A DNA stretch of 64,000 nt from Octopus vulgaris (Eukaryota), in NCBI GenBank assembly GCA_951406725.2, contig OX597819.1:132990001-133054000 (forward strand), read 5' to 3'. The position numbers and the translations under genes were made by a program. Position 1 is the first letter of the stretch, and each line of letters starts with the position of its first letter. Shown piece after piece: positions 25,146 through 40,343 of the stretch. The notes below the pieces were generated by a model that was not told the DNA's origin, searched no databases, and saw only the letters and a list, made by a program, of their open reading frames with translations.

Positions 25146-27488
25146 ATAAATATTTACAACCGGCAAAGAAGTGCCAAGGCGTTGAAACTGAATATATATC
25201 TGGTCGTCTTAGTTCCAATGACTTCAAATCTGTTGGTATTGTTACAAAAGTTCCGTTTATTGCTGGTAATAAAATATTGAGGAAAACTTTAATTTCAGTC
25301 TGTTGTCTAAATTATAGACCAGTTGTAAAGTAAAAGAAAAGCACGTAAAAATATATTATTGTGTTAGTGATGGAGGCTATTAGTTATCTTGGATTGCAGT
25401 TGGTACATTACTAGCAGTTTCTGAAAATATTGATTTCAATGTTTCGGTGAGGAAAGCATCTGCCATGACCTGTAAATAATCTACGAGAGGCCAATCTATT
25501 ATTACTGAAATTTATAGTTTTCGCAAGAAATGCATGGATTGCTGTGCAGGCATTCTTCAGATGTTCGTATAGCTTGATAGAAATATTAAGGATCGGTTGA
25601 TATTTATTGTCGGAAATATTCAATAGGGCATTAATGAATATTTATAGTAAATTAACGAAATTTTTGGTTGTTTTATTGCAATTTATGTCTATGTTGTGCA
25701 GCCTCTGTTACAAATTCATCCATTAGAAATTCTAAATCGGTGCCAACATCTGATATAAGGAATAATTCCAAGTAGAAGTATTGTCGTATGTTTAATAAAA
25801 TAGCTTTATTTACCGATTTATTTTAGACATTCATTGATCTTTTTAATAACTGCCGTCTTGAAATGTGGAGTGCGTTCCAATATATTATTGGAAAAATGTA
25901 ACATTATTTATCTTTAGGAATTAATATCATCCGAAACTGGGAATACATCTGGATATTTCTCGGTGAGAGTGATAATAAATTGTAAATCTAAATGCATAAA
26001 CAATTCCAAATCGGTTTATTGATACTTAGAGATTATAGATCAGTAAACAACAACAACAACAAAAACATCAGCTGCAGCAACAACAATAACAACAACAACG
26101 TAATCATGTACGACATCATTTCATGTGAATACACAAGAATGTCTAATTTTCTTTTATACCTCAATGTACATATGTGCATTAACATACACAGACTCACAGC
26201 TAAGCAAGCACACACACACACACACACTCAGAGGCAAATATGTAAAATACTCGAAGCTGAGCATAGATGCGTCGTTACTCGGGATTTCTTGTTCCCGGAT
26301 TTTAGCTGATTAGATTAATTGCTTTTGAAGTTTTTCAGCTTTGTTTATTTCTATGAGTTTATGAAAATGTGATCACTTGAAAAAGTGATCTATATGTTCC
26401 TTTTCTCTTCCATTTCTCAGACTGAGGCATTTGATGCTCACCAAGAGATCCTAGAGCAAAACAAATAAATGCGGGAAGTTGAAGTTTTAGATTAAAATGG
26501 ATCGTGTAAAACAAATCAAGAAGATAAAGGTGAGTGTAATAATGAGGGATAAGAGGGGATTGCATCGTGTGTTAACGGATAGAAGAGAGCAGAAAGTCTT
26601 GAAGGGTTTGTAGGAAAGGAAGTTGGTTGAAGAGGCTTGGCTGTAAAATAGATGAAATGCCTTCTGAGATGGTAGGAGTGAATTGAGGTCAATGGGTAAT
26701 GACTGATGAGACTGTTACCCGAGTAATATCGTCCATAGATGAAGGGAAATCACAGTCAATGTCCAGTATCAGAGTCCGAGTTCTGCTTCACCACGAGGAA
26801 CCTCAACGCAAAGGCTACTTTCCCACTCATTCCAGGAGACCGACATTGCTATCTCCCCGCAATTCCTGTCATGCGCTGGTAACAATAACTGGCAAGGGAG
26901 ATGACTCCGCATCTATAAAAACACCCGCACTGCATTTCCGAATGTCAAAATAGGGATTGAGTTGTGTCAGAAAAAAACATCTCGTCAAAAATATACTCTA
27001 CAAGAGAAGCTAGCAGGATGTAGATGTTTCGCTGAAAGGATCTTCGACAAAGGTCAGACAAGGTTATATATTTAACAATTGAAGTTTACTAATCAGAAAT
27101 CAGTAAATAAACAAAACAAAAGTTGCGAAATATATACATACATACATACATACATACATACACACATACATACATACATACATTCATATATACTTGATGC
27201 CCTGTTGATAGACCACTGATATTAAATATATTTAACATTTATAGTATGGAAACGACTGCAGCACACACATACACACATGCACACGCAAAAACACAAGTGT
27301 GTGTGGATGTATGCGTGTGTGTTTGTGTGTATTGTGTGTGTGTGTGTGTTGCTTTACATAATAAGAACATTTATGTATAAATTTATGTATGACTAAATTC
27401 TCAAAGAGTCACTACAAAATATTCCTCACGAAGTCATAAATATATCGTCTTATTTCAACATACATGTATACATACATATATATATGTG

Positions 27489-27554
<66 letters not shown>

Positions 27555-29544
27555 GTGTGTATGTGTGTGTGTGTATGTTATGTGTGTGTGTGTTTGTGTG
27601 TGTGCGTATAAGTGTTTGTGTAAATTGTGTGTATGTTGTGAGCGGACACATACTTTGCAACACGTAAACCAAATTCCGAATGTTTGGACCGGATCAGAGT
27701 GTAGAGCAATATACTCAGTGAAATGTAATCAAACGACCAAGACATTTACCATTCGACATTGCTGTCGTCTTCCTTTCATTATTCCATTAATTCCTATTGT
27801 TTCAAAAGCGAAACGTATATATTTATATTGAATCAAGTCAAAATATATAGCTGCACATTGAAAAACCGTTGCATTAACTCTTAAATGTAAAAGCTGTTAG
27901 CGAAACGAGATTCTCACAAGAAACAAATTGTTTCCCATCTCACAAGCAGGCAGCATTAAATGAATGAATATGTCAATAGCAGCAACGTATAAACAAAATA
28001 CCTTTTTACAGCCGTGGAAATCGATATCTGCTGCACAAGATGGACGCACAAAAGCTCAACTTCGTCTTTTCACTTTGCCGACCGAGCGAACACTGTCTAG
28101 TTTTAGGTAAAAGTATCGGAAGAAATATTGAACAGATTCAGATGTTATCGCTGCAAGCTGGATTGAATGTGTCATCTAAAAATTTCAGTTTGGTGTCAAA
28201 CAGTGTATGCTGCGAGGGAAAATGGAGATTGTGTGATATAAATAAACATCAACTTTATGTAATTTTAACCTTTTCAGAGACGCTAACTTGGATTGAAATA
28301 AATGCCAAAAATAGTGAAATGATTGACTGGAACAAGATGTTATTTTCGTTTATTTTACGCTGTTATCTGTGTGTGTTGGTGTTTTAATAATGGACGATAA
28401 ATGTAACACCATTAACATTGGGGAGTTAAAAAAAGCTTTTGAAATCAATATTACCATAGTTATAGAGAAACAGAATGAAGGAAATCACTGTTTCGTGTTA
28501 GAAGTAAAAACTGGGTGAATAAGAATAGTTGATAGTAGCGTGTCAGTAAAATATATTTTATGTTCTCGGTTTTAAGACACCGCCATGTCCTCAACTTTGG
28601 CCAGTGATTCACCAACGCTTACCACCGGAATTAGTCTAACGGAAGATAGAGAATCCCATTATATTTATTTATGCATGTGTACGAGTGTGTGTGTGTGTGT
28701 ATGTGTGTATGTGTGTGTGTGTGTATGTTTGTGTGTGTGTGTGTGTATGTGTGTGTGTGTGTGCGTTTGTATCTGTATTTGAGATTCCATAGATGTGGCA
28801 CGGTGCACCGACCTGCGCAAATTGAAGTTAAACAGTAACAACGATTCGATAAATCGCGACAATAAACTGAACGCCAGGTCACAATGAGTACTGAACTGGA
28901 TATGGTCATGGGCAAACTCCACGAAAGCGATGCCCCAGCAGGGCCGCATTTCAGTGACTAAAGCTATTAGAAGAAGATAAGAATAAATAAATGATTATAT
29001 TGGGAAAAAAGGACCAGATTGCTGCAGATGCTAGTATTTTCTTTCTTAGGCGGGAGAATCGTTACCATGCCGAACAGAATGCATATCAGCATTTCTTCCG
29101 TCTTTACGTCCTTAGTTCAAATGGTGCCGGAGTCGACTTTGCCTTTCATCTTTAAGGGATCGATGAAACATGTAGGAGTTGATCCCCTGGAGTCGATGCA
29201 ATCACTTAACCCTTCACACGAAATTGGTGGCCTTGTATCAAAATTTTTGAAATCAATATTTTTGTGTTTTTGATGGTAGAGGTGAAAGAATTGTGGACGC
29301 TACTCTATTGTTCCCTTCAACCACAGGATAAGGACAATACGCGACCTCGTTGAAACAGTCCTTCCCGAAAAGCAAATTAAATAAGATTTGGAATTTTTTT
29401 ACAGAGGGTGAAAGTGGTAATAAAAACAGGACAGTGAGAACAAGACAGTAAAACCAAACGGTGAGGACTGTTAAGTCAAGACGATTTGAAAAGTTATGAA
29501 CGCTAGAAAACAAGCTATGAGAAGAGACGGGTAAAATTTCTCTT

Positions 29545-30320
29545 TCTCTTGTCTTTCATGATGAGTATTTTTCACCTTCAAGTCATCGAATCTGGTATTA
29601 TTCCACCATTAAGGCAATTTTGAAGTTGTTTCTTCAGCCTCCCGTGTAAACTACTAAATTTCTTTAGCCAGTTCCCTTGAACTAAATCTTGGGCGCTTCC
29701 AATTTGGAATTTTTCCTAACGCTTTACTCAGTTAATGCCTCAGTTAATCTTAGATCCGGCTGCTTCTCGCTCGTTATTGCTTCCCTGACTTACTGCATGT
29801 CCATTATGACTGAGTGGATTATCACAAAGATGACTCCAGAACTTTCTAGCTCCAGTATTCTTAATATGATTTCCAAAGTCCTTGGAAACTGTTTCTAGGT
29901 ACATACAGTCTGTCAGTATCGCTTTTGGGGTGGAGTTCCTTGTTGATTCTCATCACTTTTCCAGTTTTGCTCTCCATTTCCTCGAGCTCGTTCTTTCTCC
30001 ACCTAGCAACACCGAAGCCGTCAGCTACTTTGCGGGTTCTATACCGTTGTTGATCATTTTATCCATTTGCGCGGCTATTCTCCTGTACAGAGCTCGGAAA
30101 TTTTTCAGCCAATATCCTTGTACCCCATCCGGTGCTGGGTATTTCCAGTCTGGGATCTTTGCTCTCTGTTCGGTTACCATTTCAGACGTTATTGCTCTGT
30201 TTCACTTCATATTTTCCTTAACTTAATTCCTTCAACCATTTAGCATCTTTGTTATGCTTTCTTCCATTATCCCAGGCGTTACTCCAAAACCTTTTACTTT
30301 CTTTAGCGTCTGGTCTCGCA
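29545..30320 (-). mobile_element. Two rearranged R4/Dong-like RT fragments
   Basis: My translation: KIPDWKYPAPDGVQGYWLKNF..RIAAQM; ELHPKSDTDRLYVPR; second DLVQGNWLKKFSSLHGRL. Confidence 0.7.
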
Positions 30321-30531
30321 TTGCTATTAACGTTTCCAGCCATAGAAAACATGCCACAACAGACAAGTGGAGTCTGGACAGCTTCCAGCTGGCCAGCTTC
30401 ATATCAAACCGTCCAACCCAGGCCAGAATGGAAATCAGACATTAAACAATGATGATGATGATTATGTATACATACATATATATATATATACACACACACA
30501 CGCTCATACACACACACTCACGCACACGCAC

Positions 30532-30594
<63 letters not shown>

Positions 30595-31093
30595 TATAAA
30601 TTGTATTTTCTCCATTTTTGATGGGGATTTTTCCAGTTTGTTTTTTTCACTATGGCCTTCAAAATGATAGGGAGAGGCATCTTTTTATGAGCAGGACTCC
30701 ATATTTCATCATCCTCTTCTGTACTACCGATTATCTCCGCCACTACTTGGAACCACTTCTTGTGGCATCCATCCTTTATTCTTAACATTGTCCCTCTCCA
30801 GTCACATTTACCATTGATCACCTTTTTGTGTTCAGTTATATCTCCCTCTTCATCGAACCACTTCTTGTTGATTAACCTCTATATACCTCTAATCTCCTCC
30901 AACCCTATCACCATATATCTCTTATTTTCCCACACACTCTTGCAATCTGCTCACCCACCATCCAATCATCATCTGCCTTTCTCTCATCCTTCCTCTATCT
31001 ACTGTATTATTATTATTATTATTATTTGGCTGCTCTTTGCCCTTGATGTACTGTCAATCGTCACCTCTTCTCCTGTACTTTCCCTCCCACTCA

Positions 31094-31370
31094 TACAAGG
31101 TATTATCGGAAAGTTCCTGGCCACAAACAGTTGTGTGCCCAGTGAGAGCTAGCAGTGACCTTCATGAGATAGTGTGCAGAGTGACATTGTTGTTTACTTC
31201 ACAAGTTGCCATTTTTGTCAAGGGCAGGAAGTTGGAACAAAGAGCCAATGTGAAATTTTGTGTTAAATTTCGGAAGTCTACTACACAGACATTAAGCATG
31301 CTTCAGAAAGCTTATGGTAACGGGGCAATGAGTTATACGCAATGTTTTGAGTGGCATGGGCACTTCAATA
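31094..31370 (+). mobile_element. Mariner 5' fragment (TIR + transposase HTH)
   Basis: EQRANVKFCVKFRKSTTQTLSMLQKAYGNGAMSYTQCFEW; TIR-like TACAAGG..GAAAGTTCC. Confidence 0.75.
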
Positions 31371-32047
31371 AACCAAATTTGTGAACAGTTGCCGTTGCAT
31401 TTTTTATCCAACCAATTCTGCCTCGTTCAGTCTCATCAGTTTTGGCCGAAGAATACCTTTTCCTGGTGTCATTTCTTAATTCTTTCCCCTCCCAACTATG
31501 TGCTTTATAGAGACCACTGGTCGTGTTCTATGTGAATACGGTGTAATATGACATATGTAATATAGTTTAGCAAAACTAGAAAACGCTTAACTTCAATTAC
31601 TCAGACAACTGGTAGACAAAGCTCTCTATACTTTAATATGGACGATAAAGATGGGAAGGAATCCGGTAGAATGTGATGAAGAGGATTTGGTCTTTGTAGG
31701 ATTTCTCTGTGTAGCATATTCTACTCAGGTGTTAAGGGTAAAAGAGATTAAGATATAGAAACAAAGAGGATGTAGTGACACTAATTATGAACGACAGTAA
31801 TATGGTTGAAGGAGTATTCTTCAAAGGAGTATCCTTCGTATTAAACACAAATGTTGCAGAACTTATAAATATCAAGTAGTGAGATGAAATGAGATCAAAC
31901 TTTAATAACTTTAATCATCTATTTCATATTTATCGACCTATTTGAAGGAAGGCAGCTGGAAATCTCGTCCATTGTTTTTATTAAGATATTTGCATTACTT
32001 TCTCTTTATTTTGTTACTAAATATATTTGCAGTCCCGTAGTAAATAT

Positions 32048-32443
32048 CTTTATATATAAAAGTGAGGTTGTGTGCTGTCTGTCTCCTACGATTTAGATTC
32101 CTAACTACTCCCACATTTTGCGGTGCAGTTTAACCAAAACCGGGTATCTTATAGTCGTGATTCATATCTAGCCCTTCTGGGTATTAGCGCGCGTCTACGA
32201 TGAGTCTAAGATTTAAAAAAAAATTACCATCAATTTTTCCCATTTTTAATGCATTTTTGGCATATATAAAGTAAGTAACTCTCTAAAAATTTATTATTAA
32301 ATCTCAGAACGTAAAAAGCTACAGTAAACCCCACCCCCTTTGTGGTTAGCCATATTGAGATGGCTATAATACTTTACATCTCTAAAAATGCTTATATAGT
32401 TATTTCCCTTACAAACCCGAGCAACGCCGGGCGATACTGCTTG
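32048..32443 (+). mobile_element. Non-autonomous Helitron-like element
   Basis: 5' TCTTTATATATAAAA; 3' hairpin CCCGAGCAACGCCGGG followed by CTGCTTG|T (CTAG-like). Confidence 0.65.
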
Positions 32444-33726
32444 TTTTATAATAATTCTGTGCAAAACTTTAACTTCCCTTTATATGTGGTAAACATGATA
32501 TTTCCGTATCAGATTTTAGGTGCTGAATTCTAAATAGTCATTAATATTCTTGCTTTCCTGTCTGGTCTTGCTAATTCACTTTGTATCCAGATGAGAATAT
32601 AATTTATTGATGGCGGCTGTAATATTGCTGTTTTCCATCTTCGCAAGTTTACTCGGTAGTCTTCCTCTTATTTTTTAGTAGCATTAGTTGTTGGTGTCTG
32701 TGTATGATATGAGTAGGTTGTGCTACGGTGTTGTATGACGATTACACCCAATGTTTTCATTAGGAGGGAGTTGTGATGTATGAGTTGAATTGAAACTCAC
32801 TCCATCTATTGTGATTTTACACTGAAAGTAAATGTCTTACATAAGAGGTACCTTGTTTTAGCGAGGCCAATTGCCTCTATCTTCTGTTGCGGCTTGAATT
32901 ATGCATCTTGCACCAAATGCTCAAGTCACTCGGACTTTCCAACACCATTTCCTGCCTAGTTCAGGGTCAAGGTACTTATCGGCTATTTCTCTTCATTTAC
33001 CTCATTTTCGTCCTTTTCTTTATTGTATAATACCTGTGTAGTTAATTTTGATTCGATTCTTAGTTTGGATAGGCCTGTATTAGTTTAAGTCGACAAGTCA
33101 TTATTATATTTCGGCCATTATTATAGTTCAGGTGTTAAACAATGGAATTTCAGTACCACCAATTAACCAATGAACATTGTTCTCAACGCGGCCGTGTGTA
33201 TAATATATTCTTTCTAATGATTGAACAGCCCCATAATTAATGTGTGAAAATGTTGCAGAGCACACCGTTCTAATGCTAATCTCTTGTTCCACCCTTTTCT
33301 CTCTCTAGTTTCTTTATGTGGCGAACCATTGATTCTGAGCAGCAGCTAAAGCTAAATTTTCCGTTACTGTTTTTAGTCAGAATATTTCAGTCATTCATAG
33401 TTTTCACGCTGACTTACTCCGAACTCTCAGCCAGCTTCTACTTTCATTTTCACTTTCTTTTCTATTTATCTTCTTTCTTTTAAAGCAGTTTTGTTACACT
33501 GGTTTGCTGCTAGTTTGGAATTTATTGTTTCTTCATTATCCTAAGTTAATAAGGTTTCCTTTGGCTCTTTCTAATATTTTTCCAAACTAATGTTATCTTG
33601 TAATGGATCTGTATTTATATTTATCAATCGTTGTGGCAGTTTAGATATATCGGCTTTGGTTTGATGGCTTCAGGGTACACTAATTTTTCTATTGTCTTCA
33701 CTCTTCAATTCCTTTAATTTCCAACA

Positions 33727-34145
33727 GCCGTGGCTGTGTGGTAAGAAGCTTGCTTCTCAACCACATGGTTCCGGGTTCAGTTCCACTATGTGGCACCTCG
33801 AGCAATTGTCTGCTATTATAGCTTCGCGCCGACCAGAGCCTTGCGAGTGGATTTGGTAGACAGAAACTGAAAGAAGACCGTCGTACATACATGCATGTAC
33901 ACACACACACAAACACACGCGCACGCGCGAGTGTTTTTTGTCTGTGATTTACCCCACCACCACTTCACAACCTGTGTTGATGTGTTTATGAACCGTTAAC
34001 TTAGCGGTTTGACAAAACAACTGATAGAATGTGTCCTAGGCTTTAGAAATTAAGTCCTGGGATCGATTCATTGGACTAAAAATTTCCAAAGTCGTTGTCC
34101 CAGCATGGCCGCAGTCTAAAGACTGAAACAAATGAAAAGCTGGAA
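33727..34145 (+). mobile_element. tRNA-headed SINE
   Basis: GTGGCTGTGTGGTAAGAAG..GGTTCAGTTCC head; CAGCATGGCCGCAGTC..GACTGAAAC tail. Confidence 0.8.
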
Positions 34146-35874
34146 GATATTGGCTGTATTTTATGACAAAGAATTGTTGTTTACTTCTTTTTTACAACGA
34201 ACCCTTTTGTATCAAACAAAGCGAAGAAGGCTACGTTTATCCCCTTTAATTTATTTCGAGAATTCAGTTCAGGTTTCAATTTTCCTCTCATTCTACCGTT
34301 CCTGTTTTTCTAATTTTTTTCTGCTTTTCTTTTTATCAATTTTTATCTATTGCCCTTTATTTGTAAGGCCGGGTTTGCTATTAATATCTGAAGTATCCGA
34401 ATCTAATTTTGCTTTTCGATCAGTTTACCACTTTAGATACTATTATATCATTATCTCGGATAAATTCATGAAGAATTTTTACTTGGAATTTTCCTTCTTC
34501 TTCCTTGGTTCGAACGAGTTTAAATCTATTTTAAATCTTTCCTCGTAATTTATCCGTAATATTTACACCTGTTTCCGGCTTTATTCGTATTGTTTGTTAA
34601 TATTTCAAAATTACCTGTAGAATAAAGGAGATCAGTAGATCCTTGAAACATTCCACTTCTCTTAGGTACGTTAATAATATAATCTCTTAATCTCCCGCTG
34701 TTATGGTTATCTTCTATTTTGGCTGTGTTTTGTTGTACAACTTTAGAATTGGGGTTGAATAAATCACAGACAGTGACTTCGAATCAAAATAAAATGGGAG
34801 GAATCTTCTCAAAGACTTTTTGGTAATCAATGTATACCATGATACGGATTGATTGTCTTGCTACTTTCAATAATTACTTGGGTCAATTAACTGCTCTGTA
34901 CACCCCATCCCTTTACAGTAGTCATTCTACGCCCTGTTATTAAATTCTTGATGAGACGCCAGATTGTAAGGGATTTGCACGTAGTTAAGGGACTTTCGCG
35001 TAGTTAACAAACGTTTTTTTTTAATTCTTCACCTTAGTATTAGGATATCTTGAATTTGGAAATTAAAATGGTTTTCTCTTCTAATAACTAATATGGTCTT
35101 CATCATGGTCTGTTTAAATCAATGAATACTGTTGCCCCATATTCAAGGAAACATGTTAGATATTTCTGCCATAAAATGCTGTCAGAGTAGTTCTGTTTCA
35201 ATTACAAGCTTTGCCCAGTCTTTGTCGTGCTGCCCTGTTTCTCTCCACTTATACTTTGGTCGGCTTTTATCTCTGAAAGGTTCCTCTTCTAATCCATTGA
35301 AAATTTTCCGCTCAATGATATTCTTTTATATTTTCTCCCAATAACCTCCATAATCTGTTGACATTGCCGTGTTACCCGGCAGCAGTCCTTCTTTTATCAA
35401 TTTTTTACCGTTGTTTTAAAGTTGTTATAAATGTGTTCTTATTTCTAAGATGTCTTACAATGATTTCTTTATTTTTTTAGTCAATTTTTTCATGTCCAAA
35501 GTTTATTCCTTTTAATCTTAACCGATTATTTAATTTACTTTTATTTTAATTTCTTCCTATTAGAGTTTTACACATTTAGCGAAGTAAAGTCAGGTCTTCC
35601 TCGTATTCTGAAATCAATTTCATAAACGATAATCTTTCCTAGTATAAACACAAATAAGAGTTTTTGTGTTATGCTAGGATCAACTGAAGTGAGTCTTTCT
35701 CACAATTTTGTTGAAACATGCCCATTGAGGTTATTAAAACGTCCCAGGAGTTACTGTCTTTCTTTGTCTCGGAGGAGGAGAACATTTCTGGTTGTACCTT
35801 CTTACATTCGATTTGTTTTAAATTTTATTTCTCTGAAGCTTGGGCAGACATTATCCTTGACCGTGGTTCTTTTA

Positions 35875-36252
35875 TCTTTTATTTGCCACCAGACTGCGGC
35901 CATGCTGAGGCACCAACTTGAAGAATATTTAGCCGAAGGAATCGACCCCAATTTTTATTTTATTTAAAGACTGGTATTTTAAATACAGATACCATCGGTC
36001 TCTTTTTCCCGAACCGCTAAGTAACGGGAGCATAAACAATACTAACAACAGTTGTCAAACAGTAGTGGAGAACAGAGACACAAAGATAAACACATACACG
36101 CACGCGCACACATATACTCGACTGGCTTCCTTCCGTTTCCGTCTACCAAATGCACTCACAAGGCTTTGGTCGGCCCGAAGACCAGGGTGCCAAACAGTGG
36201 GACTGAGCCTACAACCATGGGGTTGCGAAGCAAACTTCTTACGACAGAGCTA
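35875..36252 (-). mobile_element. tRNA-headed SINE
   Basis: Same family blocks as 2049-2459. Confidence 0.7.
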
Positions 36253-37244
36253 GTCATGTTTATTGATAAAATTAATGTCTCTTCTTTCGTCTTTATTGTT
36301 TCTCTTGTCAATTCTAAATCGGATTATTCTGTTCTAATGTGATTTCCCTTTCTACAGTTTGTTGTTTCGGATGGAGTCGAGTGTAAATTTTTATTGTCGA
36401 CGGACATTTAGTTGTTTGTCGCTTTTAACCACTGCTACGATGAGATTCGTTTCATTTTCAATTTCCTTTTGCCTTTCATTTTATTTTTTCTCGTAAACAC
36501 TTTATATTTTTTACATGTTGGTTTTAGTGATATTTTCTTTGAGTTGATTATTTATTTATTCTTGTAATATCTATGCTGCTATCTTCCTATATTTCGGGAA
36601 GGCTCATCTGTCTTTTTGGAGGCTTATCTCCTTTCTAGATCCTGCTATTAATCTTTCAATTGTCTCAGGGAACATGTTTTCTTTTAGTGTAATGGTTTGT
36701 TTTATATTATTTGTGGTAATGTTTATTCATCGCATCTGTTGATCTGCTTTTGCTTCTAGGATGATTTTATTGTTCGTTATTCATACAGTTGCTTGTTTAG
36801 TTAGAGCTCCGTTTGTTTGTTTTTTCTACTGAATAACCTTACGAGAAAACAGCGTCTAACACAAATGTTACATTAACTTCGAGGCGTCCTGGCATTAATC
36901 TGACCCTAGGAAACTGGTCATAATTCCTGCTCTGTCATATTGTTCTATTACTGTTTGACTTATTAATGGCCGCGGTTGATCTGTTGTCAATTTGCGTTGA
37001 TTTGTTGAAAGTTGTTTATTTCAACTCGTTGTATTGCTTGTTTGTTCTTGTGTTCAGAGAAGATATTTAAGACAGAAATGTCATTTCTATCTATTGGGGA
37101 TCCAAGTAGCTTCGCTATAATCTTGACTTGGAAACTTTGTTTTTGGATTTTGATGAAGTTAATGGATTTATTCCTGCTTTAAATGCTTGAGTGTGTGTGT
37201 GTGTGCGTGTGTGTGCGTTGTGCGTTTGCGTGTATGCACACGCC

Positions 37245-37293
<49 letters not shown>

Positions 37294-38599
37294 ATACTAA
37301 CTCTCTTCTGCTATCGAACAAGAGTGTGTAATGCTGTTGTCTTTTATTGAATGGAGAGTGATCTAAGTAATGGATATTTATTATGAAGTAATGCTGTTTG
37401 TTAAGTGCATAAATAAATCTAAAGGTTTGTAAGTTTGTGGGCAGGCTGCGATTATAGGCGTAAGACAATATATTCTCATCAGTTCGCCCGGTGTTAAAAA
37501 ACCTGGAAGTCATAGACAAGCGAGATAACTCACATCAAGTCCCGTTACAGTTGTGATAGACATCCGCTCGCAACACGGGGAAGGATTAGAAATTTGGGAT
37601 TGAAATTAATTAATTAAGAGGAAAAAGATACATAGAATCTTTATTATTTCCCATTTTGCTCAGTTCTTACAAAGATCGCACAATGTCTGGTTGTTGGTAA
37701 TCATGTATCGCACTATTTCATTCTTTTTAGAAATCTTCATCACAGTGTGATATAATAATCAAATATTACGTAATAAAGTAATATAAAAGATAACTTGATA
37801 TAAAAATAATGAACAGCAATAAGAACTCTCAATCCAAGGCTTTATAATTATATTTCTGTATTGACATCATTGACAAACAACACGAATATCTTAAAATAGC
37901 TGCAATAGTTCCCAAAGCAATGAAAATGAAAAGTTTTCACTTTCAAAAAGCTTAAAATAACGTGTTTCAATATATTGAAAATAATTACAAATGCAAATAT
38001 GTTTGTCTATTTGAAATGTAAGCGACGATATTTCTGTACAACAATGCACGTTTTATTGTCCTAAGAATAGACACATATGAAAAATATATCTTGTGACGCA
38101 ACTCACTTTTTTAGATAATGAGAAAAACAATTGAAGTATTTCTGAATTGTTGATATTTCAAACAGAAATAATCCACAGATTTGTTTTAAAAAGCATACAT
38201 AAAAAAAAGTATATGCTTAAAGAAATAAATAGCAAAACTTTTATTAGAATTAGGAAGAGGCAACGAAGAGGTTTGTTGATGTTCGTTTTGCAAACAGGAA
38301 ATAATAGCCAAGTCCTTCCTCATAACGATCTTCAGTTTTTAGAAAGGGATTAGATATCCAGTGTAGAACTAAATCCATTTCACCCCACCAAGAAATGGTT
38401 TGGAGTGGAATTGCTTGGAGCATCGAATTTCTTAAGGGTTGATCTCTAATTAAATCGGAACAATCATAATTGTGTTTGGCCATTTCTTTGAAAGGCGCCC
38501 TTATTTACACGAATCTTCTGTCTTCCTTGCGACAAACTGGGTTTTCTATAAATATCGTCGTCGGCTTTATCTTGTATCTGAGAATTTAATTTCCTTCTT

Positions 38600-39000
38600 T
38601 TCTGAATGCTTCCTTTATGGCAATTCTGTGGATGACTCTGTAGACCGATTCTTGCAAAGGAGAGTCGATGGCGGCATCGACTGCATGGTAAAGTTTGTCG
38701 AGCCTTTCTCTGCATCTCGTTTGGTTTCTTCCCTTCCTCTTCTGTTAGCTTCGAAGTTTTTGGCTCCGCTGGTGGTGGAACACCACAACGTGGTACGGTC
38801 TCGGGCTTCTGTTTCAAATGATTTAAGCTCAGTTCTAGGGTAGGGTCTTGCTGATCGGATGTGGACGTTGTGTGAAAGGGCAGTTCTTGTCGCTCTCTTC
38901 CACCTAGCGACCACCGACGCAGGTACATGCCTCCTGACCCTACAAGGCTGGCGAGGCCTCCAAGTGCTGCCGCCAACTTGTCCAACCTTCTGAGAGCATG
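38600..39000 (-). mobile_element. RTE-clade LINE 3' fragment
   Basis: ETEARDRT.W..GAKNFE..R..KR followed (frameshift) by CSRC..FARIGLQSH, the C-terminal Zn-finger-like motif of RTE ORF2. Confidence 0.65.
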
Positions 39001-39699
39001 TTTTTTGATTAGTAAAGATAACATCTATTTTCTTTGCATCTAATTCCTAATTATGGCAGAATTTCCATTAAAAAATCACAACTCTGTTATTTATGTTTAA
39101 ATAATCATAAGCTATATTAGTTATGTTAGCTGTCGTTAGTTCTGCTTGTGATATTTACTCTCACGGTGTTAATATCCTTGTCTCCTCGTAGTCTCTATAC
39201 ACTCTGCTCTTCGTTGTTTAAAGACAGGCTCCATTATATGCTTTTGTTAAAATCTGACGAAAAGGCTTTGGCTCTGAGTCGTAATTTAAGACATCATTAT
39301 TTTTAATTTCAGGATTTCTTCGCAAACACTATTATCATTCCTAGTTTGTACAGACTTATTGAGTGCAGGTAATGCAAATATTTTATAGGACAACATATCA
39401 CGAATTTAAAAGTTAGCTTTTAGCTTAGCAATGCATTACCTCACAATGTTCCTTGATGTTAAGTAAAATGTTATCTAAACTTCTTTATATCTGTTAGATA
39501 ACTTCACGGTGAATTACTGCGCGTTCGTGCTTCTTTTTTCAAATCTTTCCAAGTATTAATACGATGCATCAATAATAATCTTTATAGATATTTTCCTTCA
39601 TTTTATCTGTGTGTATTATACTGTCGATCTCATAAACTGCAAATATGTGTACTATTTGTAAATCTCCCTTTGATATAATTCTTTTATCTTTACTGAACA

Positions 39700-40260
39700 T
39701 ATTTCTGACATATTTTTATTAATGTTCCACTCTTCAAGGTGATTCTGCCGTATTTTCTAAATCAAATTACACGCCACTTCCCACTGAATCCGTGCACTTT
39801 ATGCAACAAGTTGTTTATCACCAGCGGTATCCAGCTGAGAGCATCCGTATAAAGAACGTCGTTTGTCATTTGCATCCGGTTTCATTTATCAATATTCATT
39901 ACAGACTAGTGTTAGACAAAAGGAATGGCGAGAGGAAATCCGCTTGAATTATTTCTCATCTGCTTAAGTTCGGTTTCCTTTTTTACCATTCCCTCCGTTC
40001 TTTGAGTTTCTAAATTTGCTTCTGCTTTTCTTTGTCGTTATTTGATCGCTGTTTAATGATTATTACTAACGCTGTTAGAACGCAATACACGTAAAGGAAT
40101 GTCCAAGCCGAACTTTGTAAATACAGTGTGAGAATGTTGTAGACATATTTACAGACTGTGGCAGTTCTAGATGCCGGAACTTCTGCATGCCCTCCACCTC
40201 CGAATTCGTATGACATTGATGCTGACGACTTTAAACTGTCATCATAACAATTTGCAGACT
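39700..40260 (-). mobile_element. Very decayed non-LTR RT remnant
   Basis: IIQADFLSPFLL (about 39920-39955) resembles QGDxLSP; LYTDAL resembles YxDD. Confidence 0.4.
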
Positions 40261-40343
40261 CATTGTAATTCCATATATTTTAAGGTCACTTTTGCAACCC
40301 TTAAAATAATCATTTGTTATTGATGTGACAAGTATTAATACTG

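Larger units (their letters stand above)
32750..37100 (-). mobile_element. Heavily decayed R4/Dong-like LINE interrupted by two SINEs
   Basis: Residual motifs in the expected order on the minus strand: GCTEQLI, YIDYQKVF (about 34830), GMFQG (about 34650), KADISKL (about 33650), HGRV..VHW (about 33180), KYLD..AFGA (about 32950); boundaries uncertain. Confidence 0.55.

Noticed and set aside
37440-37490. Minus-strand CUGAUGA near a TA tract
   Set aside because: No helix II or GAAA follows
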